IMG/VR virus record: IMGVR_UViG_3300037583_000003
Location: 1-64,000 of that record
Length of the DNA stretch: 64,000 nt
Origin: a virus
Strand: one strand, 5' to 3'
Made by a program: the position numbers and the translations under genes. This document shows positions 9,064 to 18,081 of this stretch, piece by piece. The stretch's first letter is position 1. Each line of letters opens with the position of its first letter. Below the pieces are notes generated by a model. The model saw only the letters and a list, made by a program, of their open reading frames with translations. It was not told the DNA's origin and did not search any database.

Positions 9064-9828
9064 TCATCTAGCTTGCTTAATAGCCTTATCCAGTCTAGCT
9101 TTAGTATTACTTAACAGTAGATCTCTAGACTCATCGTTATTTATCTTATCCACTAACAACTCAAAGTAATTAGCTATTGATACTGACTTACCTCTAGTGG
9201 TATCACAGAACAACTCTTCACCTGCTAGGCTACTAAGCTGACCTAGGTAGTCTTTAGCATACACAACTTCAGAAGACTCTTTAGGTACAAACTTAAGGTT
9301 TCTTTCTAGTACTGATAGTATCGTATACACCTTCTTAGACTTAACCATAACTTCTTTCTCCATATCATATACTTCTATAACCTTCTCTTCAAAGAAGTAA
9401 TCTAGGTACTTAGGTTCTAGTTTAACTATCTTATGTAGTCTAGTTAAAGCTCTACCACTGCAACCATAGTCAGCTACCATTGCTGCATTAGACTTACCAC
9501 TAGCTACTTGTTCCTTATAGAAGCTAGCTAATTGAGACTCCACACTTAGATTCCTTCTAGTATTCAGTGCTCTTACCTTATCCTTGACCTCATCTGGAGT
9601 TAGTGACTCAGATAGGTGATCAATACGGTTTTCAGGTATCTCCATATTAAGAGCTACACAAGCCATTTGTCTACATCTGCCATCTACGATCTTACCTTTC
9701 CATAGAACGATAGGTACTTCAAGACCACCTGATCTTTCAATACTTAGCTTTAGTGTTTCTTGTTCTTGTGGAGCTGGCATTCTAACTATGCTTGCAAATG
9801 GATGAATTTCGTATGTTCTGATTGTCAT
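9064..9828 (-). CDS. ParB/Srx-like N-terminal domain plus HTH protein
   Basis: HPFA...LKLSIERSGG...PIVLWKGKIVDGRCRQMAC...LNTRRNL...YGCSGRAL. Confidence 0.8.
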   Translation of the reverse strand: MTIRTYEIHPFASIVRMPAPQEQETLKLSIERSGGLEVPIVLWKGKIVDGRCRQMACVALNMEIPENRIDHLSESLTPDEVKDKVRALNTRRNLSVESQLASFYKEQVASGKSNAAMVADYGCSGRALTRLHKIVKLEPKYLDYFFEEKVIEVYDMEKEVMVKSKKVYTILSVLERNLKFVPKESSEVVYAKDYLGQLSSLAGEELFCDTTRGKSVSIANYFELLVDKINNDESRDLLLSNTKARLDKAIKQAR

Positions 9829-10452
9829 TTTGGTGTCCTTAATTAGTTGGGGTTAACATTGCAGCTAATATCAGATAATATTCCTCTATTTAAGCTGTGT
9901 TTAACAGGTGAATATTGTAGCATAATTTTGCCGTATTTTGCCGTAAATTAGAGAATATACCTCACCAGCCCACTTAAATGGTCATTTTGCCGCGCGGCAC
10001 AACGAGGTATTTGGAGTGATAAATTTAGACAAAAAAGTACCGAATTTACCACTAAATTTAATCCCCTTAATTAGTTACCTTTATCTTTGGCAAAATTGTG
10101 GAATCATTCTCATTTAGAAAAGGCTATTTGTAACCTTTTTCAAAAAGCTACATGTAACCTTTTTGAGCTACTCTTGGGTACTAATTCAGGATAGGTATAA
10201 AAGTATACATATATAGGTCTCTAAGGAAATAGCCTTTTTGTATTAATACCACAATAAACAGGCAGTTTAAATTCCCAAAATATCCAAAATAAATCGCACT
10301 ATTTTGGTGAATTCATCCAATTTTCCCACTACTAGTAATTTCAACTAGATTCTAACTAGAATCCCATAATTAACCTTTTAACAACTCTATTACTCTAGGA
10401 AAATTAACCTACTCAAAATCCAAACAAAACCTTGACTGCACCAAACAAACAC

Positions 10453-10515
10453 AAAATACCTATAAAATACCTATAAAATACCTATAAAATACCTATAAAA
10501 TACCTATAAATACCT
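10453..10515 (+). repeat. Tandem repeat AAAATACCTAT x5 plus one partial copy
   Basis: Five perfect 11-bp units at 10453-10507, then AAATACCT. Confidence 0.95.
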
Positions 10516-10532
10516 TACAAATGGAGTACTAA

Positions 10533-10781
10533 ATGTTACTAATAAAAGCACTTAATCAAATTAAAGACACCTTGAGTGTACTAACAACAGCAATTTGGAT
10601 TGTTCTAGAAGTACTCTTAGTTAAACCCGTAATTAAACCCATAATTAAGTTTCTTATTGAGTTTCTCATGGGTGTTGTAGAAGCTATTAGGGAATATAAA
10701 GGTGAGCTAGTAATACTTTGTGCAATAGCCTTTCTAGTATTCTTAGTTGTGTTTGTATTCTCACTGATACCCTGCTCTTAA
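10533..10781 (+). CDS. Small membrane protein (paralog of 10812)
   Basis: Hydrophobic helices; LNQIKD.L......IW..L....VKP shared with 10812. Confidence 0.7.
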   Translation: MLLIKALNQIKDTLSVLTTAIWIVLEVLLVKPVIKPIIKFLIEFLMGVVEAIREYKGELVILCAIAFLVFLVVFVFSLIPCS

Positions 10782-10811
10782 CCTTTAGTCTTTACCTTCT
10801 AGGAAACCCTA

Positions 10812-11048
10812 ATGAAAATATTAAACCAAATTAAAGACATTCTACTAGTCCCTGTACTCATAATATGGTTCATACTTAAAATAACCATAGTAAAACCTAT
10901 AAGTAGACTACCTAAGTACATTGGTGGATGGCATGATCTTATATGGGTAGCAATTATAACGTTAGCTATATTAGTTTTTCTTATAGATACTTATTATGAC
11001 TATAACAAAGAGTCCACCGAACAAGTAACCCAAGAGGTAACAAAATGA
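10812..11048 (+). CDS. Small membrane protein (paralog of 10533)
   Basis: Same shared motif and hydrophobic helices as 10533. Confidence 0.7.
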   Translation: MKILNQIKDILLVPVLIIWFILKITIVKPISRLPKYIGGWHDLIWVAIITLAILVFLIDTYYDYNKESTEQVTQEVTK

Positions 11049-11734
11049 AGTCTGAACAATTTAGTAAAATACTTAACAACAGTGTACTATTTGTATTATG
11101 TGTAGTAGTAGCACTTGTAGCTTTTATACTGGTATACGCAGCGGTATATAAGATAGTAGAACATTACACAAAACCATCCCTAACAGAGTTCTTCCAAGAG
11201 ATAGTAGAAGATGAAGAGCCAGTACTCTTAGACCTAGCCTTAGAACGAATACAGATACACAACAAAGCACTATTACTAGCTAACAGTACCACCTATGATA
11301 AGCTAGTTGAACTCGTATACCATGAGTGTAGATCTACCACTTGCAGTCCATACGAACAAACCTTGATATTAGAGGTTGCCTACAATAGAACCTCAAGAGG
11401 TCATTTAGGTGCTGATTCAGTAGTTTCAACTATCAATAAACCTTACCAATTTAGTTACCTTAATAATGTACCTAACAACTCTATGTCACCTCAGCCAACC
11501 ACCCTAGGAGACTACAAGTCATTAGTAGCTATACAGTCATTAGTAGCTAGTGTTATGTCCTCCTATAACTACAACAACGAAGGAGTAAACAAGTATGAGT
11601 TAACCAGTACTGGTGCAATTATGTACTACAACCCTGATAAAGTAACTACACCACCTAACTGGGTAGATCCTAAGTGCCTAATAGATACTGGAAATACCTT
11701 ACATAAATTCTACACATGCTACAAACTCAAGTAA
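11045..11734 (+). CDS. Membrane-anchored SleB-like cell wall hydrolase (Hydrolase_2)
   Basis: N-terminal TM; VYHECR, VAYNR, PYQFS, GAIMYYNP, P.W, HKFY motifs. Confidence 0.8.
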   Translation: MKSEQFSKILNNSVLFVLCVVVALVAFILVYAAVYKIVEHYTKPSLTEFFQEIVEDEEPVLLDLALERIQIHNKALLLANSTTYDKLVELVYHECRSTTCSPYEQTLILEVAYNRTSRGHLGADSVVSTINKPYQFSYLNNVPNNSMSPQPTTLGDYKSLVAIQSLVASVMSSYNYNNEGVNKYELTSTGAIMYYNPDKVTTPPNWVDPKCLIDTGNTLHKFYTCYKLK

Positions 11735-11741
11735 CCAAGGA

Positions 11742-12251
11742 ATGACAATGAAACAAGTATTAAAACTGACGAAAGAAGAACTACAGACCTTACTGGGTGG
11801 CACACCAGTAGACTCTAACAGTGTAACCGTAGAGTTGCAGAAACCTAAATGGAGTGTAAAGAGTAGTACCGTATTCGTTTTCGATAGATACGGGGTACAC
11901 AGGATAGGAACACCTACTAAGGGTATGTATGACGTTAGGGCAATAGACTGTAGAGAGACTTACGATGAAGCCTTACTCCTAAAGAAACAAGTTGATGATT
12001 ACCAGACGTTACTGAACTTCGTCTACCACAACGACATAGACGAGCAAGGTAATAGATGGGTAGCAGATTGGGATAACGAGTTACAGAAGAAGTACTATGT
12101 ACTCTTTAACTCAAGTAGGGCAGAAAACCGCACTTGGTCTAATAATTACCAGTATACGGCAGGAAAACTAACAACCTACATGTCTAAAGAGTGTGCAGAC
12201 AAGTTAGCTACCGTACTTAACTCTAGAGAACTTAAACTAACCCTCAGCTAG
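11742..12251 (+). CDS. W.(P/A)DW-family hypothetical protein (paralog of the 24371-26368 array)
   Basis: D.DEQG..WVADWDN..QKKYYV...YMSKE.A.KL...LN. Confidence 0.65.
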   Translation: MTMKQVLKLTKEELQTLLGGTPVDSNSVTVELQKPKWSVKSSTVFVFDRYGVHRIGTPTKGMYDVRAIDCRETYDEALLLKKQVDDYQTLLNFVYHNDIDEQGNRWVADWDNELQKKYYVLFNSSRAENRTWSNNYQYTAGKLTTYMSKECADKLATVLNSRELKLTLS

Positions 12252-12262
12252 TCAGCCTATAG

Positions 12263-12430
12263 CAAAGTAGTTCCTCAAACAATCACAAAAGCAAGGTCAG
12301 GACTGAAGTTTAGAATTCTAAGGGTGGTTATGTGTACTTCTGTAGGAGATTGTTATTAGCTGAGGGACTTGTCCCGATGGTAATCAACAGTTGACGAAGA
12401 ATACGCATATCTATCCGTGAATTATACAAC
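12263..12430 (+). promoter_or_regulatory. Repeated structured element, copy B (candidate early/vRNAP promoter region)
   Basis: Homologous to 7213..7377. Core GAGGGAC-TT-GTCCCGA in an extended imperfect stem, upstream of the RNAP II gene cluster. Confidence 0.55.
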
Positions 12431-12471
12431 TTTAGGAACTGTTAATTAAACTCACAACAATAGGCTTTAAA

Positions 12472-12699
12472 ATGAAACTATTAAGTAAAGTTAAAACTAT
12501 ACTCCATAACTTCTCTGACAACATGATAGCAGCTCAAGAATTAGTTAGAGACGCTAGTATCTTAGAAGCAGCAGAGCAAGCAGCTATAGCTAAAAAGTTA
12601 GAATACACTTCAACATTAAATGAACTGACTACGGAAGAACTAGAGTTTGTAGCAAACCATCTTAAACAGTATGACAAAAAAGGAGAACAAAATGGTTAA
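12472..12699 (+). CDS. Hypothetical protein
   Basis: ORF track, operon context. Confidence 0.65.
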   Translation: MKLLSKVKTILHNFSDNMIAAQELVRDASILEAAEQAAIAKKLEYTSTLNELTTEELEFVANHLKQYDKKGEQNG

Positions 12700-13018
12700 A
12701 CTACACATACTAGCTGACGGTAGCTGGATGTTAGGAGAATACGATTCACTTTCAGTAGCTACAAAACTAGACACTGTAGCATCCACAGCTGTAACAACTG
12801 AGTTAACCCAGAAGCTGGAGCACTTAGCCGATGCACACAGACCTAAGCACGTCAGCTACAACAGTAGCGGTGAGTGGTACTACAGCTCTTATAGAGAAGC
12901 AGAGCAACTAGGTTTTAGTGTAGTACTACTTCCACGAACTTTTACACCTGAGCAAACTAGATTACACATAGCTGGATTACTAGCTGAACAAAGTAACAAA
13001 GAGGAAGATCCAAAATGA
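12692..13018 (+). CDS. Hypothetical protein
   Basis: ORF track 12671..13018; the ATG at 12692 follows AAGGAG. Confidence 0.65.
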   Translation: MVKLHILADGSWMLGEYDSLSVATKLDTVASTAVTTELTQKLEHLADAHRPKHVSYNSSGEWYYSSYREAEQLGFSVVLLPRTFTPEQTRLHIAGLLAEQSNKEEDPK

Positions 13019-13263
13019 TTGAACTAGCAGTATTAATCGCAATAGTAGTAGCACTTGTAAAGTTTAGAAGAGCTATATCTGAGCTATGTTCTGTAGCTGA
13101 GACTAAGACTCAATCTATAGCTGAAGAAGTTACAACATCAGCTGTACTAGAAAGGATCGAGCTTAATAAAGAGTTTGAGAAGTCCAAAGGTGAGAACGAA
13201 ATAATCACCCACGAAGAACTAATGGCCAAACTGGAGAATAGAACTCCACGTAGATCCAACTAA
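13015..13263 (+). CDS. Small protein with N-terminal TM helix
   Basis: LAVLIAIVVALV; ATGA overlap. Confidence 0.65.
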   Translation: MIELAVLIAIVVALVKFRRAISELCSVAETKTQSIAEEVTTSAVLERIELNKEFEKSKGENEIITHEELMAKLENRTPRRSN

Positions 13264-13300
13264 CCTTAATCAACAACAACTAATTTAAAGAGAGAACAAA

Positions 13301-13948
13301 ATGACTACACTATCTATTATGGAACAACTAACTATCGCTCAAAACAACGCTAAGAAAGTAAGAGAGGATGCTTTAGCAACAGTCAAAGCTAAGGCACAAC
13401 TAAGAACGCTGTCTGTAGAGAGCATTGAGAAGCAAGTGGAGATTGAGCTGCACGAGGATACTAGTAACGCACTAGAAGCGATGTTAACTGTATGCAAAGA
13501 AGTAGTGGAGAATAACCCATTACCTAACAAAGAGGGTGGTGGCAATAGGGAGTTTAGGGTTGGCCACTTCTACGGCCTAGGTTCTCACTTGCAAGTACTA
13601 CTAGGTATGCTTAACGGTATCCAGTACTCTGCTGCTATACATAAAGAGAAGATGCTTACCGAGTTAGGCCTAACGTCTTCATTAGTAGAAAACACTCTAC
13701 TTATGGCTGGAACACTAGATTACTTTAGTGAGACAGTTGGAGAAATCAGTATTGGTTACCCACTAGATGTTAACGGCTTAGAAGCATACCTCACTATGAT
13801 CGAGTCTACATTAGACATCAACCTTAACCTTAACCAACTAAACAGCACAGTGGTAGCTTCACGGGAGTCTAAAGCAACTGCTACAGCTAAACGACTAGAA
13901 CTAGAGTTCATCAATACAGACTCTAATGCAAGATTCGTAATTACCTAG
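13301..13948 (+). CDS. Hypothetical protein upstream of RNAP II
   Basis: ORF track, SD present. Confidence 0.7.
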   Translation: MTTLSIMEQLTIAQNNAKKVREDALATVKAKAQLRTLSVESIEKQVEIELHEDTSNALEAMLTVCKEVVENNPLPNKEGGGNREFRVGHFYGLGSHLQVLLGMLNGIQYSAAIHKEKMLTELGLTSSLVENTLLMAGTLDYFSETVGEISIGYPLDVNGLEAYLTMIESTLDINLNLNQLNSTVVASRESKATATAKRLELEFINTDSNARFVIT

Positions 13949-13991
13949 TCAGTAACAAACTAAGTTCTCAGTACACCTTAGTATAAATAAA

Positions 13992-14780
13992 GTGTACTCC
14001 AAACAACTACAGGTACAGGCTATGTTAGATACAAGAAGTAACCTACTAGAAGGTAACTTAGAATTACCTATGCAGCAAGAACTACTAAAGCTACTAGGGG
14101 AAAGTACTTTAGAACCACTAGAACGTATGTGGAATGCTCTATGGTCTAACTACCTCAAAGGCAAAAAAACTATCAACTTAACATACTGGATCGAGGAGTT
14201 CCCATGTACCGCAAGGTTCAATGGGGCACTACGGTCACTGACTAACAAAGGATGGATAGTTACACAAGCATTACCAGCTAGGAACTGGTCAGACGCTATA
14301 CTGTGTGGGTCTAAGTTACTAGAGTTTGTTTCAGTACAGGAACTAGTTACCATTAGAGCTACTAAGAAATTCAACAAATATCTACCTATATTCGATAAAG
14401 CCATTGAGCCTAATCTAGCTAAGGTTAACGGCAAAGTAGTTAAAAATGGTTTAGTAAGAGAAGGCTTCGTTAAGTCAAGTAACACTCAGTATTACTTTGA
14501 TACAGCGTACCTCTCTAAGTACGAGGAAGCAATAGTAGCTAATGTAACTAAAGGTATGTCTAAGTGTAGAAAAGAGTACCCTAACATGACCTCAGATGAG
14601 GCTAGCTACGATGCAGTAGCAGAGGGAGTAGTTAAACACATCGTTGGTAGTCCTGAGATATACACATTAGGTAAAAGCTACCTCGACTCAAGAGGCAGAG
14701 CAATACACGAAGGACTGTCCAAGGTGTGTAACCCAATAGGGTTTAAGGACTTTCGAGCACTACTAACAATACCAATCTAA
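13992..14780 (+). CDS. N4-like RNA polymerase II, subunit 1
   Basis: C-terminal YLDSRGRA (T7-family DxRGR motif), followed by subunit 2. Confidence 0.85.
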   Translation: MYSKQLQVQAMLDTRSNLLEGNLELPMQQELLKLLGESTLEPLERMWNALWSNYLKGKKTINLTYWIEEFPCTARFNGALRSLTNKGWIVTQALPARNWSDAILCGSKLLEFVSVQELVTIRATKKFNKYLPIFDKAIEPNLAKVNGKVVKNGLVREGFVKSSNTQYYFDTAYLSKYEEAIVANVTKGMSKCRKEYPNMTSDEASYDAVAEGVVKHIVGSPEIYTLGKSYLDSRGRAIHEGLSKVCNPIGFKDFRALLTIPI

Positions 14781-14791
14781 GAGGAGTTATT

Positions 14792-15877
14792 ATGGAACGT
14801 TTAGCCAAAGATACTGATAAAAGAGAGATATACCTATTCATAGCAGAACTAAATGGGTACAAGTCTGGAACAGAGCAAGGTAAAGTAGATTTCGGTCTAC
14901 AGTGTCATATAGAGCGTAAGCTACATAACCTAGACCTATCATTAGAAGAGGACAGATCAGAACTCAACGAGAATATCTGGTTAGAACGCCTATACGATGA
15001 GTTAGACAACTACGCTATCGCAAAACTGAGTGGCCTACCATTCACTTGGACTGTACCGATCGAGTTAGACATGTCAGCGTCTATACTAGGCATCATTGGT
15101 ACTCTTCTAGGTGATGAACGACTCTTAACTATGACTAACATGCACGGTACGGAGTTAGTTGATCCTTGGTACATTGAGGGAGTTCCGAAGAGTCTAGTCA
15201 AAGCATCCGCTATGCAACAAATCTATGGTTCATCAAGATCTACCAAAGACATATGGGATACAGAGTGTAAAAATAGCTCACTAAGTTATACGTCTGAGAT
15301 GTTAGCTACTTTCAATAGGGAAATGACTAGCGGGGCATTAGGCCTAGCTATACAGTTTAAGAACTTTATCCTAGGTAACGTAGTAACTAAGGAGTCTATG
15401 GATGTTACTATCGCTGAGGAAACTTTCACAGTTAAGTGTAACAGGTTTAAAAACGTAGGTGATTACACAACTACCTATGATATATTTGATACCACTTCTG
15501 CTCGTATAAGACGTATCCACCATACTAAAACAAGAAAGGAAGCTGACCTTAACTCATTCACTAGATTTTGGGTAACTTGCCTTATACACAATCTAGACTC
15601 ACAAGTTATGAATAACGTAATAGGCAAGACAGTAGACAAGTATGACTTTGCAATAGACATCCATGATGCTGTAGTAACAACACCTTCAGCAGCAGTAGAT
15701 GTAAAAACCTGGTTTGCTGAAGAGATAGATAGCATCTATGAGAACAGAAAGTCCATACTAGCTAACTTCTTTAACTCTATAGGTATAACCAGTAGAGCTA
15801 AGGCAGACTGGGATAGATTGCAATCAAACATAGTCCCAGTTAGTAATTTCAAGTGTAGACTTACTGTACTAAAATAG
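14792..15877 (+). CDS. N4-like RNA polymerase II, subunit 2
   Basis: PIELDMSAS (motif A), K...M...YGS (motif B), IHNLDS and IHDA (motif C). Confidence 0.9.
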   Translation: MERLAKDTDKREIYLFIAELNGYKSGTEQGKVDFGLQCHIERKLHNLDLSLEEDRSELNENIWLERLYDELDNYAIAKLSGLPFTWTVPIELDMSASILGIIGTLLGDERLLTMTNMHGTELVDPWYIEGVPKSLVKASAMQQIYGSSRSTKDIWDTECKNSSLSYTSEMLATFNREMTSGALGLAIQFKNFILGNVVTKESMDVTIAEETFTVKCNRFKNVGDYTTTYDIFDTTSARIRRIHHTKTRKEADLNSFTRFWVTCLIHNLDSQVMNNVIGKTVDKYDFAIDIHDAVVTTPSAAVDVKTWFAEEIDSIYENRKSILANFFNSIGITSRAKADWDRLQSNIVPVSNFKCRLTVLK

Positions 15878-15892
15878 AGGAAGTACAAACAA

Positions 15893-16291
15893 ATGTTCAT
15901 ACATGAAATCAAAACCAACAAGCAGTTAGTAAGTGAAGCAGCCAGTGTACTAGCAACAACAGGTACATATAAGCACATAGACTTAAAAACTGAGACCACC
16001 AGAAGAGGAAACAAAATTAAAGTAGACATGGCGAATACCTACGCTAACTCTATGAGTACAATATCAACTGGATTAACGAGGTACGAGTTACTCGTAAAAG
16101 GCGAAGAGCACCTACGTACACTAGTAGACGAACGTGTCTCTGAGGTGTACTCAAGTAATAAACAGCTAATCAAGTTTGCTATTACGCTTATCCAAGCAAA
16201 CTTTAGCCATGAACAGTTACACCGATACGATGTAGATTACCAACTCAACAAATACGATGAGCAAATAGGAGACTATAATGACAAGAACTAA
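15893..16291 (+). CDS. Hypothetical protein
   Basis: ORF track, GAGGA SD. Confidence 0.65.
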   Translation: MFIHEIKTNKQLVSEAASVLATTGTYKHIDLKTETTRRGNKIKVDMANTYANSMSTISTGLTRYELLVKGEEHLRTLVDERVSEVYSSNKQLIKFAITLIQANFSHEQLHRYDVDYQLNKYDEQIGDYNDKN

Positions 16292-16451
16292 ACACAATAC
16301 AACTAGAGTGTCAGTAACATCAGACCTAGAAAATAGTAGGCTAACAACTCAAGAAGAAGAACACATTAGCCAAGAAGAGGAACACATCAATCAACTATTC
16401 CCAGAGATGGTTAGATTCGCGATGGAGGTAGCACAAGAGAGGTACTACTAA
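16278..16451 (+). CDS. Small hypothetical protein (57 aa)
   Basis: Manual ORF MTRTKHN...QERYY after AGGAG, with QEEEHI twice. Confidence 0.5.
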   Translation: MTRTKHNTTRVSVTSDLENSRLTTQEEEHISQEEEHINQLFPEMVRFAMEVAQERYY

Positions 16452-16463
16452 GGTCTTAACAGT

Positions 16464-16499
16464 CAATCAGAAGCTAACGCTTTTGGTTGCTTATTTTTT
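16464..16499 (+). terminator. Intrinsic terminator ending the RNAP II cluster
   Basis: CAATCAGAAGC-TAAC-GCTTTTGGTTG followed by CTTATTTTTT. Confidence 0.75.
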
Positions 16500-16581
16500 A
16501 CCTTTTGTTAGAAGAAAGAACAGAAACTGTTTATTTTTTATTAGAAGAAAGGACAGGATTAATTAACTAAAGGAAATTAAA

Positions 16582-17508
16582 ATGACAGGTAACAAGTTCA
16601 AGTTAGTAAAACCAAGTACCCGCACCTTTAAAGGTAGAAAGTTGTTCCAGATAGAGGCTTTAAAGGATTTTGCCAATGTATGTACAGGAGACCTAGGTGG
16701 TTACGTACAACATGAGTCCAACCTATCCCAGCGAGGTAGCTGCTGGATTTACAATGACGGTATAGCAATGGACACCAGCAGAGTCACCAATAGCGCGAGT
16801 ATCCACGGTCAAGCTGTTGTAAAAGACAGCGCACTGTTATCTGAGTTCTGTACAGTACAAGGTAATGCGGTTATCTCTGGGCGTGGGGACATAGCTGGAC
16901 ACGCAGACATATCTGAAAACGGAACAGTTTCGGGTGATGGTGCTGTGAGAGGTTTCGGGCGAGTAGAGGGTCACGGTTCAATATACTACTTAGGTAGAGT
17001 AGAAGGAAATGGGTGCGTTACGGATCATGCCACAGTAGGTGGTAGAACTATTATATCAGGCAGCTCTTCTGTTAGAGGTTCTGCTGAAGCAATGGGTTTC
17101 GGAGAGGTTACAGACAACGTAATTATCGACGGTGACGCATCGCTATATGGTACTTACAACCTTCAAGACAACGTAAGAATAACTGGTACTACGGTGTTTC
17201 CAGACACTGACAACTGTATTAACATTAAAGGTAATGTCGTTGTAGACAGTATTGGTATACCTGTAGGAATGACAATCACTAAAACACCTCTGAGAATCTT
17301 TGGGATGGGTGAGTACGACATAGTAGTATTCGATAACCACCTACAAGTTGGTTGTATAGCTAAAACCTTCGCCGAGTGGGAGGACACGTGTACCAAAGAC
17401 TCTAAGCGTTACACAAGTGAAGATCACGAGTATCATAACAGCTACAGTGCTGTGATAGGTAGTATAGTCCAGAAGCATTTATCTAGTATTGTACAAACTA
17501 CAAACTAA
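16582..17508 (+). CDS. Left-handed beta-helix (hexapeptide repeat) protein
   Basis: LFQIEALKDF...GDLGGYVQ.E.NLSQ.G.CWI N-terminus followed by x-V-x-G-x-A hexapeptide repeats. Confidence 0.8.
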   Translation: MTGNKFKLVKPSTRTFKGRKLFQIEALKDFANVCTGDLGGYVQHESNLSQRGSCWIYNDGIAMDTSRVTNSASIHGQAVVKDSALLSEFCTVQGNAVISGRGDIAGHADISENGTVSGDGAVRGFGRVEGHGSIYYLGRVEGNGCVTDHATVGGRTIISGSSSVRGSAEAMGFGEVTDNVIIDGDASLYGTYNLQDNVRITGTTVFPDTDNCINIKGNVVVDSIGIPVGMTITKTPLRIFGMGEYDIVVFDNHLQVGCIAKTFAEWEDTCTKDSKRYTSEDHEYHNSYSAVIGSIVQKHLSSIVQTTN

Positions 17509-17540
17509 TTAATGATATTAACACAATCAAAGGAACTACC

Positions 17541-17816
17541 ATGAACCCAATCTTAGTAACCCAACACATCCTAGCTATATTTACAGGAACAGCAGCAGTA
17601 TTCATCTTAGACGGTAACCTGACTAGCCTACTAGTACTAGTCGTATGCACCTCTTACCTATACCTAGAGACAGCAATACTAGTTGTTGGAGCTAGAGCTT
17701 TAGGTAACGATTACAGCGAGTACTTAGCTAACCTAATAGTAAAAGCAATTATGACAACTATATACCTAACACTAGGCTACCTTGTCTACTACACGTACTT
17801 CTCAATAGTAGTGTGA
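17541..17816 (+). CDS. Small membrane protein
   Basis: Three hydrophobic segments, SD present. Confidence 0.65.
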   Translation: MNPILVTQHILAIFTGTAAVFILDGNLTSLLVLVVCTSYLYLETAILVVGARALGNDYSEYLANLIVKAIMTTIYLTLGYLVYYTYFSIVV

Positions 17817-17883
17817 GTTAGGTTTTAACAACGAGCAGTGTGGTTTTACTTTTACTGGCTAAACCCAAGAAGGGGAACATAAT

Positions 17884-18066
17884 ATGAGAATAGTAGCAAC
17901 AACACTTAATGCAGTAACTGAGGAAGAACTTAGATTACTAATCGAAGAATCACCAGATGAAGAACTTACTGTTACTTGTGGTGGAGATGTTTACAACTGG
18001 AACTGTGATGCTACAAGTTACGGTAACGGTGATGCAACTGTGGCAGGTCGTTTATTGCAAAGTTAA
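17884..18066 (+). CDS. Truncated paralog of the downstream GNG-repeat protein
   Basis: TVTCGGDVYNWNCDA..YGNGDATV versus TVKCGKDVYSWNCDA..EGDGNAYV. Confidence 0.55.
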   Translation: MRIVATTLNAVTEEELRLLIEESPDEELTVTCGGDVYNWNCDATSYGNGDATVAGRLLQS

Positions 18067-18081
18067 AAAGTGAGAAATAAA

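Noticed and set aside
5124-9828. Plasmid-prophage ParABS partition system
   Set aside because: No ParA/ParM ATPase, canonical parS palindrome, repressor or integrase is visible in the window; kept only as an unexplained ParB-like family.
10432-10468. Sigma70 promoter TTGACT...TAAAAT
   Set aside because: The spacing to the nearest good -10 box is about 25 nt, not 16-18.
10453-10515. CRISPR-like array
   Set aside because: The repeats are contiguous 11-mers with no spacers. The PD-(D/E)xK nuclease at 43636 sits in the replication cluster, not in a cas operon.
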